From the human T2T-CHM13v2.0 reference genome, Homo sapiens: a DNA stretch of 64,000 nucleotides. The stretch lies in the NCBI RefSeq assembly GCF_009914755.1, contig NC_060925.1; one strand, given 5' to 3'. Position numbers and translations under genes: made by a program. How positions within the stretch are numbered: the stretch's first letter is position 1; each line of letters opens with the position of its first letter. Of this stretch, positions 1 to 16,086 are shown one piece after another. The notes under the pieces were generated by a model. That model was given only the letters and a program-made list of their open reading frames with translations. It ran no database searches and was not told where the DNA came from.

Positions 1-754
1 GTTAGCTGGTTATTTTGCTCGTTAGTTGATGCAATTTCTTCCCAGCATCGATGGTCTTTACAATTTGGCATGTTTTTGCAGTGGCTGGTACCAGTTGTTC
101 CTTTGCATGTTTAGTGCTTCCTTCAGGAGCTCTTGTAAGGCAGGCCTGGTGGTGACAAAATCTCTCAGCATTTGCTTGTCTGTAAAGGATTTTATTTCTC
201 CTTCACTTATGAAGCTTAGTTTGGCTGGATATGAAATTCTGGGTTGAAAATTCTTTTCTTTAAGAATGTTGAATATTGGCCCCCACTCTCTTCTGGCTTA
301 TAGAGTTTCTGCTGAGAGATCAGCTGTTAGTCTGATGGGCTTCCCTTTGTGGGTAACCTGACTTTTCTCTCTGGCTGCCCTTAACATTTTTTCCTTCATT
401 TCAACTTTAGTGAATCTGACAATTATGTGTCTTGGAGTTGCTCTTCTCGAGGAGTATCTTTGTGGCGTTCTCTGTATTTCCTGAATTTAAATGTTGGCCT
501 GCCTTGCTAGGTTGGGGAAGTTCTCCTGGATATATCCTGCAGAGTGTTTTCCAACTTGGTTCCATTCTCCCCGTCACTTTCAGGTACACCAATCAGACGT
601 AGATTTGGTCTTTTCACATAGTCCCATATTTTTTGGAGGCTTTGTTGGCTTCTTTTTACTCTTTTTTCTCTATACTTCTCTTCTGGCTTCATTTAATTCA
701 TTTGATCTTCAATCACTGATACCCTTTCTTCCAGTTGATCGAATCGGGCTACTG

Positions 755-756
<2 letters not shown>
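1..756 (-). mobile_element. Inverted 5' segment of a primate L1 (L1PA): ORF1 and inter-ORF region
   Basis: Minus-strand ORFs give L1 ORF1p peptides (REKRVKR..QKIWDYVKRPNLRLIGVPESDGENGTKLENTLQDI; RFDQLEERVSVIEDQMN). The segment runs off the left edge of the window. Confidence 0.93.
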
Positions 757-4168
<3,412 letters not shown>

Positions 4169-4187
4169 GGAACAGGAGAATGAACTA

Positions 4188-4485
4188 TTTTTTTTAGAAA
4201 TGGAGCCTCACTCACTCTGTCACTCAGGCTGGAGTACTGTGACATGATCTTAGCTCACTGCAGCCTCCACCTCTTGGGCTCTTGGGCTCAAGTGATTCTC
4301 CTGCCTCAGCCTCCCAAGTAGCTAGGACCATGCGCCACCATGCCTGGCTGATTTTTTGTATTTTTAGTAGAGACAGGGTTTCACCATGATGGCCAGGCTG
4401 GTCTAGAATCCCTGACCTCAGGTGATCTGCCCGCCTCGGCCTCCCAAAATGCTGGGATTACCGGCGTGAGCCACAGCGTCTGGCC
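4188..4485 (-). mobile_element. Alu (S/J-type)
   Basis: T-tail followed by reverse-complement Alu body ending ...GCGTGAGCCACAGCGTCTGGCC. Confidence 0.9.
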
Positions 4486-4559
4486 CTATATGCTTTTTTC
4501 AATTCAATGGCTACTTGCCTAATTTTGAATGGCCAAAATAACCTTCCAGTTATTTTCCC

Positions 4560-4770
4560 TTAATGGAATCAACCTAGAATAGTTGCCTGGGGAGAGGGAG
4601 CTGGGGGGCAGTGATTGGAAAGAGACATGAGGGAACTTTTTGGAGGGATAAAATTGTTCTATATTTTGATTTAGGTGTTAGTTACAGGATATTTTCATTT
4701 GTAAAATTTATGAACTGTAGACCTTAGATCTGTGCATTTTACCATATATAAATTATATCTCAATTTAAGC
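4560..4770 (+). mobile_element. Old L1 (L1M-type) 3' end fragment
   Basis: Resembles old L1 3' UTR text (GAGGGAACTTTTTGGAGGGATAAAATTGTTCTATATTTTGAT...AAATTATATCTCAAT). Recognised by eye. Confidence 0.55.
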
Positions 4771-5240
4771 ATAGAAAAAGTAAACCAATGATTGTGATAT
4801 ACTTGGCTAATGTCCATATGCTACAGTGTGTTGAAAAGAAAAATAATACCCTATTGAGAAGGTAGACATGTACTGCAAGCATAAGCTATGAAAACAGAGA
4901 AAAGCCGCAGACATTGTTAACGGACTGAGCTGGGATGTTTCCAGTTGTGGGGATTCTGAACCTCTTTTGTAATGTGCTTAATCACTTCTAATTGTACAGT
5001 CAGCTAATTACAGTAATTAGTCTTGCCTTAGTTCAACAGAGTTGAACTAAGTCATTCTCTTAGCGGGACTGGGTTGAATTTTCCTGCATCTAGCGACTTC
5101 CTCAGATTGTGGCCTGCAATGGTGCATTCCTGGGGCTCAAGAAGTGATCTGTTTGTGCTGGGTTTTCACCACTGGGTGTTTGAGGGGTGAGGGATGTGAC
5201 TAATCATGGAGCCAGTGAGTCACGCGTGTCAGGCCTCTGA

Positions 5241-5624
<384 letters not shown>

Positions 5625-6078
5625 GTCAATCACATTTTGAAAACAGACAGGGTTATTTACTGCAGCACCGTTTGTAATACCAAAATAATAGAAACAGTCT
5701 GTAGGACAGGAGACTGGTTAAATAAATTATGGTTCATTCATATAATACTGACAAAAAGAATGAGGATGCTCTCTATGTACTGATCTGGAAAGAGCTTCAA
5801 ACTATATTGTTACATGAAAAAAAAGAACTGAATGCATAGTAAGGCCATTTGTATAAAATATAAAAGTATAGGTTTGTATTTGCTTGTTTATGTATAAAGA
5901 AACTGAAAAGAGATAAGAAACAATAACAGGGAAGATGTTTATGTGGGAGGGCAAGGGAATTTGGGGCATGAAAGTTGGGAAGTGGGTGGGAAAGGGATGG
6001 AATTAGGCAAGACTTCACTGCAAACCTTTATAAAATAGATGTTTAAATATTCAAATGAATTACCTAATGAAACATTGA

Positions 6079-6417
<339 letters not shown>

Positions 6418-6542
6418 AAGAGTTTTTAAAAATAGAAAAAAGTTTTAGGGGAAGAAGAAATCCAGTGATCACATAATCTAACATTTCCCAAATAGTGGTT
6501 TTTAAAGGTATAATGAGAAATTTGTGTATTTAAAACAATAGT

Positions 6543-6836
6543 GGGCAGGCCTGGTGGCTCACACCTATACTTTGGGAGGCAGAGGCAGACAGATCAATTG
6601 AGCCCAGGAGTTTGAGACCAGCCAGGGCAACATAGTGAGACTCTGTCTTGACAAAAAAAATTAAAATAAAATAGTCGAGTATGGTAGTGCTTGCCTGTAG
6701 TCCCAGCTATTCAGGAGGCTGAGGTGGGAGGATCACTTGAGCCCAGGAGGTTCAGGCTGTAGTGAGCCATGACTGTGCTACTGCACTCCGTCCAGCCTGG
6801 GTGACAGTGAGACCCTGTCTCGAAAAATAAAATAAA
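6543..6836 (+). mobile_element. Alu (J-like)
   Basis: Sense Alu with J-type GAGCCCAGGAG motifs. Flanking repeat CAATAGTGG. Confidence 0.88.
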
Positions 6837-6887
6837 GCAATAGTGGAATCTGTTTTGACTCCTACTTTCTTATATTTAATGCATAAT

Positions 6888-7189
<302 letters not shown>

Positions 7190-7375
7190 CATAGAATAAT
7201 TTTTAAGCAATTGTTTTCCCATTATGACAAAACTCTGAGAGTTCCTGGGGTGTGGAGTGGACACAGTAGACAGCCATGGAGAGCAGGTGTCCAGGCTGTG
7301 ACTTGGTTGATTAGGGATCTTTCTGCTTGAAAACACCTCTTCTTGTGCTTGTACAGTTATAATTTGTTTTTATTC

Positions 7376-7696
<321 letters not shown>

Positions 7697-8079
7697 TAAT
7701 TAATGCCCCAAATGGCCCAAGAATCAAAAAGAATCTTGCTGTTGAACACAGCTAGGTAATGTGGAGCATGAAAATTATTATTCTACAAATATGCTTCAGG
7801 ACTTTTTCTCCAGATCTGAAAACTGTGATTAATCAACTTCTCATATAGAAAATTCAGCCCTTCCACTTTAGAATCTATTGTTAATGAGAAAATATTGCAA
7901 CCAGTGTATAAAATGATTTTCCAGGTATTATAAATGAAGACTACATTTGATGTGTCATTTATAAATAAAAGATGAAATTATTAAAGTTAACTAGTTGATT
8001 TTGGGTGTGCAAAATGTGAGAATTTCATATATGTATATTATCTGTGGAGCAGTAACATCATGATGACTTTACAAATTAG

Positions 8080-9420
8080 GAAAGTCACTAAACAAAGAAC
8101 AACTATAACAAGGAGCAATAACTACAAACCCTGGGGAGGGAGTAGAGTCTGATTTCCAGAGATGTACATTATATTATTTAAAATGTCCAGTTTTCAACAA
8201 AAAGTATGAGACATGCAAAGATACAAGAAAGTATGGCCCATGCACAGGGGAAAATGCAATCAATAGGAACACAGATAATGTCTCTGCCATTAGATTTATT
8301 AGACAAAGACTTTAAGTCAGCTACTTTAAATATATTCAAAGAAATAAATGAAACCATGTCTAAAGAACAAAATAAAAGTATAAAAATTTTGTCTCACAAA
8401 ATAGGGAATATCAATAAAAACATATAAATTATTTTTAAGATCATCGAACAGGTATTCTGGAGTTGAAAAATATAATAACTGAAATGAAAAATCTAGTGGG
8501 GCTCAACAGCACATTTGAGCAGGCTGGAGAAAGAATAAGCAAAATTGAAAATGGGTCAATTGAGATTATCCAGTTTGAGGAACAGAAAAAAAAAGAATGA
8601 AGGGAAAAAATGAACAGAGCCTCAAAAATCTGTGGGTTCCATCAAGCATACAAACATACTTATAATGGGAGTCCCAGAAGGAGAAGGAGAGAAAAAGGAC
8701 AGAAAGAATATTTGAAGAAGTAGAAAAGAACTTCCAATTTTGATAAAAAGTACAAATAAGCATGTCCAAGAAGCACACTGAACTTCAAATAGGATAAACT
8801 CAGAGATTCACACCTAGACACATGATAATCAAACTGTTGAAAGCCAAAGGCAAAGAGAGGGTCTTGAAATCAGCAAAAAAACAAAAAAACCAACTCACCG
8901 TGTATCAGGATTCTCAATAAGATTAACATTTGATCTCTGGAGGCCAAGAAGGCTATGATATGACATAAAATGCTACAGAAAAAAAAAAAAACAAACATAC
9001 CTGTCAACTAAGCATTCTATATCCAGCAAAAGAATCCCTCAGAAATAAAGGAGAAATCAAGGCATTCCTAGATAAACAAAGTGAGGAAATTCATCACTTA
9101 GCAAATCTTCCCTGTAAGAAATAAAAGGTGCTCTTCGGGCTGAAAGGACTTGAGGCATTAAGTCAAATTCACATGAAATGAAGAATACTGGTAAAGGAAA
9201 TTACATAGGTAAATATAAAAGGCAGCATAAATATGCAATAATTATAAACGTGATGGGCATATAATGGATAAAAATGTAATCTGTAGGACAGTAACAGCAC
9301 AAAAGAGGGGAGAATGGAGCTATATAGGAGCAAAGCTTTTGTATATTATTGAAATTAAGTTGCCATTAATCCAAACTAGAATGTTATAAGATGTTCATTA
9401 TAATCCCCAGGGCAACCCAT
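8080..9420 (+). mobile_element. Old L1M 5'/ORF1 region, degraded
   Basis: A-rich sequence with L1M ORF1-like text (ATAATGGGAGTCCCAGAAGGAGAAG, CACCTAGACACATGATAATCAAACTG, ATTCTATATCCAGCAAAA). Confidence 0.7.
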
Positions 9421-9429
9421 AAGAAAGAG

Positions 9430-9800
9430 GGAGGAGTGATCAACTGTGTCAAATGTAGCTGATAGTTTAAGATGAGATCTGAGAATGACTATTTCATTGG
9501 GCAACAGAAAGGTCACTGATGAGCAGTTTTAGGGGAATGGTGGGGACAGGTGGCAAACCTGACTAGATTGCTTTAGGTAGAATAGGAGGAAAGGAAGTGG
9601 AGATAATGAATATGGATAATTATTCCAGGAATTTTGCTGAAAATGAGGGCAACGAGAATGGAGGTGAGCGCAGGAGATTTTTCAACGGGTTTGTTTGCTC
9701 ATGGGAATGCAGCAGGGAAAAACTGATTGTCTCCTCTGTCACTGTTATTAAGGGAGAAGTTTGAAGATCAGAGGAAAGTTATTGGAACATCATAGTTTTC
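9430..9800 (-). mobile_element. L2 fragment (probable)
   Basis: Purine-rich L2-like text (GATCAACTGTGTCAAATGTAGCTGATAG...). Recognised by eye. Confidence 0.45.
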
Positions 9801-10142
9801 ACCCTAAAGTCCCAGGCACAGGAATCTTTGGTTATTGGGAAAATACACACAAACACACATTTGTTTGAGTGGGTTTATATTACATAATACTGTACTCACA
9901 GATACATTTTAAAAAAATATCTTAACTAAGATGGCAGTATATGATCATTAACTAATACTTTCAGGCACAACAATCAGAGTGAGGTACTCCATGAATGAAA
10001 TCTATGTTTCAAATGTTTTCTTGATAATTTTGGATTTTATTCAAAATTTGAAAGGCTGTGTTCTTATCAGCTACAGTTAGATCTATCCTTGCCCTTGCCT
10101 TGTACTGAGGTTAACAAGAATAGTAATGACTGTTCTTCACTG

Positions 10143-10804
<662 letters not shown>

Positions 10805-10912
10805 CTTGTTTTTTTAAAAAAACTTTTTATTATAGAGAATTGGAAACATATATAGGCAATAATATAATGAACCCCCCGTAGACTCATCATTCATCTTCCA
10901 CTATTATCAACT

Positions 10913-11460
10913 TGTTACCAACAAAGCTGGTCCCCCATAAAATGGAGTCTTTCCCTCTTTGGTGTCCCAAAGCCAATTTGGAAAAACAAAAGCAAGTGTC
11001 AAGCAGTGCAGGCCTTGTTGGATGGCCAGGGAATTGAGAAGCAGGAGCTTGGTTCATGAATTAACTTCTCAGCTTGTGAAAGTCAGGAAGTCACAAATAT
11101 AGGGCCTCTTTAATGAAGGGGTTGGGTATTAAAAGCTAGGGGATAATATTCATGTCTTTTTTGGGAATGGACAGAGAACTTCTCAAAACTAGAGTATTGC
11201 CTTCCTTTTTTTTTGTCCTTTTATGGTTTCCTTTGGTCATTGTCATGGTGATTATCAACTGTCACGGTGCTGGTGGGAATGTCATTTAGCATGGAAAGTA
11301 GATTATAATGAAGTCAGAAGTTCTTCAGAGGTCAAGTGAGCTGCCTTCTTGGATCTCAGTGTTTGGTCATGTGGGGCACCTTCTGACCACAGGTATCCTG
11401 TTTCCTAAAGGTAAGCCAGGGTAGAAATTCACCTGTCACATAGGCATGTAATGTAAAGAA
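10913..11460 (-). mobile_element. Probable ERV-type LTR fragment inserted in an old L1M 3' fragment (flanks ~10820-10912 and ~11462-11610)
   Basis: Begins TGTTACC... The L1M-like AT-rich text is interrupted and resumes after 11460. Family not determined. Confidence 0.4.
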
Positions 11461-12730
11461 ACCCATGGCCTGTTCACTTCCCCCGTCCTGTAATATTTTG
11501 AAGATGATCCCATATATAATATTATTACATCTGATAATGTGTATCTCTAAAACATAACGACTCTCTTAAAAAATCTAACTATAATCCCATTATCACACTT
11601 GAAAAATAATTTGCAGGGAAAATCTTTGCACTAAAAGCCAGGTCAAGAAAGAAAGAAATGTGTCTTTAGTATAATAAAGCTGAGGTCATTATTTCACAGG
11701 GAGTAAGGTCAAAGTCGTATTAATTTGAGGAAGATCCTGTCTTTGCATAGACTAGCTGGAGGTCATTTCTCTAGTAAATCAGACTGGCAGTCCTTGAAGA
11801 AAAACTAATGTTTGTGGTGGTGGGTTATGCTTGTCTTCAAGGTACTTTAGGAGAGAAGCTGGCCTTGGCATTGCTGGTGGAGTGGGACTGAGCTAGCATG
11901 GAAGCCACCAATTCCTGCCCCATGTTTGTGAAACTGAAGCACCACATCCTTCCCCCACTTAGCAGAAGCAGGAGTTGATGACAATCACATTCTCATCCAG
12001 CTGAAATCTGATGGGCTAGAGTTCGTAAGATTCAGGAAGTAACGAACCAGGAACTCTCTTATTCCATGGACTGTGGTCTGGGTCAGTAGGCTGGGAGAGC
12101 TTGGAGGAAACAGGGAGGGAACAGCATAACCGTGTAAGGGAACAGTTACTGTAGGAGGAAGCAACGGCCACCCTTGAAAGGCCTTGAGGCTTGGTCTTTT
12201 TCTCCTATGTGGAAAAAGGGAGCCAGCTGACCTAATCAAGGCAAGTTGTCAACTGTTTGGGGCAGTTACTTGAAACTTTAGCCAAAATAACTCCTTAATT
12301 GTCCTTTAAAATTTACTTTGTATTTAGTGTGGTGGAGATGGGGGAGGCAGAACATGGACTGCGGGGAGGGCATGTGAATGTGCAGAGAGGAGCACCCAAC
12401 AGCCGACCAGTGCCCAGCCACAGACGCCACAAGGCACAGTCTCCATTCTCCTTGGAAGAAAGGCCTCCCCTACCCCTAGGAAGAACGGAGCCTGACACAG
12501 AGCTTGTGTTCGCCCATATCACACACACTTAGAATTCTGTTCTTGGGAACTCAGGCAGATCTCTGGGGAGCCGATGGGGGACTGTGAAATTAGGTTCACT
12601 TCTGGATTTCATTATAATAAAGCAGGCCCCTATCCCCAATTTTAGGCATCAACATAGAACAGCTAACTTTAAATTTTTCCAAGTGATAATATAAAACAAA
12701 CGACTTTCAATTAAGTTAAATGTCAATATT

Positions 12731-13118
12731 TGTGAACCGAAAAGTACCTGTATCAGTTTAGAAATTTATGTTGCGAAGGTGAAGGACTCGCGCCCAGAAG
12801 ACAGGTCTGTGCCTTTCTCCAAAGATGATTTTGAGGGCTTCAATATTTAAAGGGGAAAAGCAGGCTGGAGGGGGAAGATGGAAGGTATGTTCACATTATT
12901 GAAGCCACATGTTGCGATAAAGGGAGCAGGTAGGGCAACAGTTATGTATTTGGCGCTCAGTAAATCGGCACTTTACACAAGATAAGGTGAACATAGAGTG
13001 GAGATACTTCACCTTTAATCTGTAGCTATCTGCTTAGGAACAAAAGGAAAGGCAGTTGCATGACTCAGCTTTCAGTTTAATTTTTTTTCCTTTTGGCAGA
13101 GTGAATTTTCGTTTCACA
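12731..13118 (-). mobile_element. Solo LTR, MER57A-like (ERV1)
   Basis: TGTG...CACA termini. Internal CTTTCTCCAAAGATGATTTTGAGGGCTTCAATATTTAAAGGGGAAA and GCATGACTCAGCTTTCAG match MER57A as I recall it. Confidence 0.7.
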
Positions 13119-13269
13119 ATACCAAAAAAAAAAAAAAAAAAAAAGCGGGGGGAGGCTCAGAATAAGGAACAATCCTTTGGCTTGAGTATTTCATTTCATG
13201 AAAAACTAAATTGTTATTTCTTTTTTCCACAAGAACGATTAACAGAGCTGCAGACCAGTGTTTGGGGTC

Positions 13270-14700
13270 ATCTGAGTGGAAATTGTCGAGCCGACTTTGG
13301 CTCATACGTTCCTTTTCTCGTTAAGGAGGGAGTGACGGGGCAAATCTGCGTGCTGCTGGTGGCGGTGCCTCCCAGGGCTGCTCGGCGGGGACGCCGAGGG
13401 CTGCACCCGAGCTCCATCCCGTGTTGGCTGCGCGCCCTCCAAAACCCCGGCTGTCAGCGACTGCGGGCACCTGCACGCCGACGAGACCGGCGGGCGGACA
13501 GCGACTCCGGTGAGGGTACTATCTCTCTACCCTCGGGGCGCGGGTGGCAGAGGCTTCCTGTTTTGAGGATGGCGCCACACAAAACAAGCATCCTTAGCCT
13601 GAAGGGCCCCGGCCGAAGGGCCGGAAGTGGAAGTGCGCGGCCTTGCCCGCCGCGTTTCCCCTCCTCGGAGTGCTTTTTGTGGACCCTGGGCAAGGGGCTC
13701 TTGCTACATAGAGAGGAGCAAAGAACAGGCATCGCCCGGTCCTTAAAGCGGCGGCACCCTCCACGCCCCGCAGTCGCGTCTGCTTGGTCCACAGCCTCCC
13801 CTCCCAGGCCCGCGCAGAGGCCCAGCAAGCACCAGTCTGGAGGCAACAAGCACGCAGGGGTGCCTTTGCGGCCACGCACACTGCATCGCAGTGAAAAAGG
13901 CTCCCGTTCTCAAGGCGCATGCGCGCAGGCCAGCAACTCCAAAGCCAGGCCTCCAGCCCCGGTTTGCTAGAGAGAAAGGTAGCCGGGAGGTGGGGAAAAG
14001 GAGAACAGGAGGGCCCTGTCCGCTAAGGTAGCCTCCCATTGGCTCCTCTTGCTCCGCTCTCGGTCGCGATTGGCTACGGGCCGGGAGCACGGGCCGAGCA
14101 CGCTCCCACGCGCAGAGCGGCATTCGGCAGGCGGACGGCGGTGCAGCCAATGGGAGCGGCCCGCGGGGCGGGGCTTGTGAGCTGGGGCTCCCCCGGAGCG
14201 GGCGAGTTGGTAAACAGATCCGGAGCGCGTGGCGGGCGTCAGCGCGGTGGCCAGCGCGCAGAGGCGGGCGCGGAGGCGGCTAGAAGGTGACCGCGGATCC
14301 CAGCTTCCTGCAGCCAGGTAAGGCTGCCACCCGCCGGCCCGCCGCGTGCCCAGGCGCCGTCTGGCTGCGGCCAGAGCTGGGGTCAACACCCACCTCAGCC
14401 CTTCTTGCATTCTCTTCATGTGACAGCGCAGCTTCCCCGCGAGTTTCGCTGGCCGCGAGCCTCAGGTCCGGACGCAGTGGGGGCGCCTCAGTTGCAGGGT
14501 GGGTCCTCTGCAGCCGTCTCACGTCCCTGGGTCCACCTCAGCCCCTCGTTCCTGCTTCGGGGAGGAGACGAGGGCCACGTGCAGAGCCTTGGGTCCCTGG
14601 AACACGCCCGCTGCTTGCCCGACCGCCTTCCCGCTGCCGAATGCCCGTTGCCCATGCCCTTTGGTCGCCAATACAGCTTTGATGCTTCGCTTTCTAATAA
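13270..14700. promoter_or_regulatory. CpG-island promoter of COQ8A
   Basis: Dense CpG and high GC. YY1-like AGGATGGCG at 13566; tandem GABP/ETS CCGGAAGTGGAAGTG at 13621; NRF1 palindrome GCGCATGCGC at 13915-13924; CCAAT boxes (ATTGG 14038 and 14069, CCAAT 14147); GC box GGGGCGGGGC at 14165; forkhead GTAAACA at 14210. Confidence 0.9.
14212..14317 (+). other. COQ8A: COQ8A exon 1 (non-coding; start approximate)
   Basis: Strong donor CAG|GTAAGG at 14317/14318, just downstream of the CCAAT and GC boxes. No ATG in the exon. Confidence 0.8.
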
Positions 14701-15402
14701 TGTTGTTCTTCACTCCCAGACCCCCTTGCACTGTGTGTCTGGGGCTCTAGGCTCGTTGCCGCTGGCTGCAGGTTTGGGTGAGAACTTTGACTTCCTTGGC
14801 TGGAGCCAGCTGTTGGGCTTCGCAGGTGGGAATTTTGTGTGAACTTGGGACAGGGGATCCTTTTTGATCCTTTCTTCCTTTCGCTTTTCTTTGGCCTTTC
14901 CTCTTCTCCAAACTCTGGGGGGTCTTGTGAGTGGTTTGGGCTTACTCCCCTAAACTCGAACCTTTCCGAGGCTCATTCTCACCCATTGCACAGAGGTAAC
15001 AGCCCCTCTGCCAAACCCTCTTTGGGCGATGGGGAGTGCTGCAGGGGCAGGTTTGGGTGTTGGGACTCCCCATTTGGGTGAGAGATGTCAGGTTCCTGAA
15101 GGGTGAGAGGCTTGTGTGCAGTCTTCCAGCCTGAGTCGGGCCTACAGCCTGTTGAAAAACTTGTGCACGTTCACTTGGGCCTTGGATCTACGTGACAGGA
15201 TTGAGTAGCTGGTCATGCCAGGCCTACCTGATTGCCAAAGGATTTGAACATTCCTTGATGCCAGCCTGCCAGTTGTCACGCTGTGGATGGGTAGGTCATC
15301 CTGGCAGGAGGGCTCTTGGGAGACTCTTCTTTTGGAGGAAGGCCTTTCTCCCGAGGAGAGACAAAAGGGGAGCTACAGGAGCAGCATCTGTAAGACTCAG
15401 GC

Positions 15403-15708
15403 GGCTGGGTGCGGTGGCTCACGCCTGTAATCCCAGCACTTTGGGAGTCCGAGGCGGGTGGATCACCGTAGGTCAGGAGTTCGAGACCAGCCTGGCCAAA
15501 ATGGTGAAACCCCGTCTCTACCGAAAAAAAAAAAATACGAAAATTAGCCGGATGTGGTGGCGGGCGCCTATAATCCCAGCTACTCAGGAGGCTGAGGTGG
15601 GAGAATTGCTTGAACCTGGGAGGCAGAGGTTGCAGTGAGCCAAGATGGCGCCAGTGCACTCCCCTCTGGGCAACAGAGCGAGACTCAATCTCAAAAAAAA
15701 AAAAAAAA
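15403..15708 (+). mobile_element. Alu (S-type)
   Basis: Full sense Alu with A-tail. TSD AAG(A/G)CTCAGGC. Confidence 0.92.
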
Positions 15709-15862
15709 GGCTCAGGCAATGGCTTAGAGTGTTTTGTTCAGCCTTGCAAATGGTGCGGACTATGCAGAATCGTAATGATTTGGGGCCTAATGTTGAGCAA
15801 CTCAAAGGAAAAGTGAACCAGGCAGAATGGGCACCTCCCTCAGAGCCAGTGTGTTATCTAAG

Positions 15863-16086
15863 ACAAAGTTTTTCAACCTGTGGACTAATGACATTTTGGA
15901 CCCATAATTCTTCGTTGTGGGAGACCTGGCCTATACATTGTAGGATGTGTAGCAGTATCCCTGGCTTCTGTCTACTAGACTAGCACCGCTCCCCACCCCT
16001 TCTAGCCGTTGTGACCATCAAAAGTGTTTCCAGACATTGCCACGTGTCCCCTGGAGGGCAAAATCTCCCTTGATTGAGAACCACTG
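15863..16086. mobile_element. MER20 (hAT-Charlie DNA transposon)
   Basis: Termini CAAAGTTTTTCAACC...GATTGAGAACCACTG. Internal CATTGTAGGATGTGTAGCAGTATCCCTGGC and CCAGACATTGCC. Confidence 0.8.

Noticed and set aside
13056-14842. Long overlapping ORFs across the promoter (e.g. 304 aa)
   Set aside because: Expected from stop-poor GC-rich CpG-island DNA; they start inside an LTR or at non-ATG codons and show no recognisable homology.
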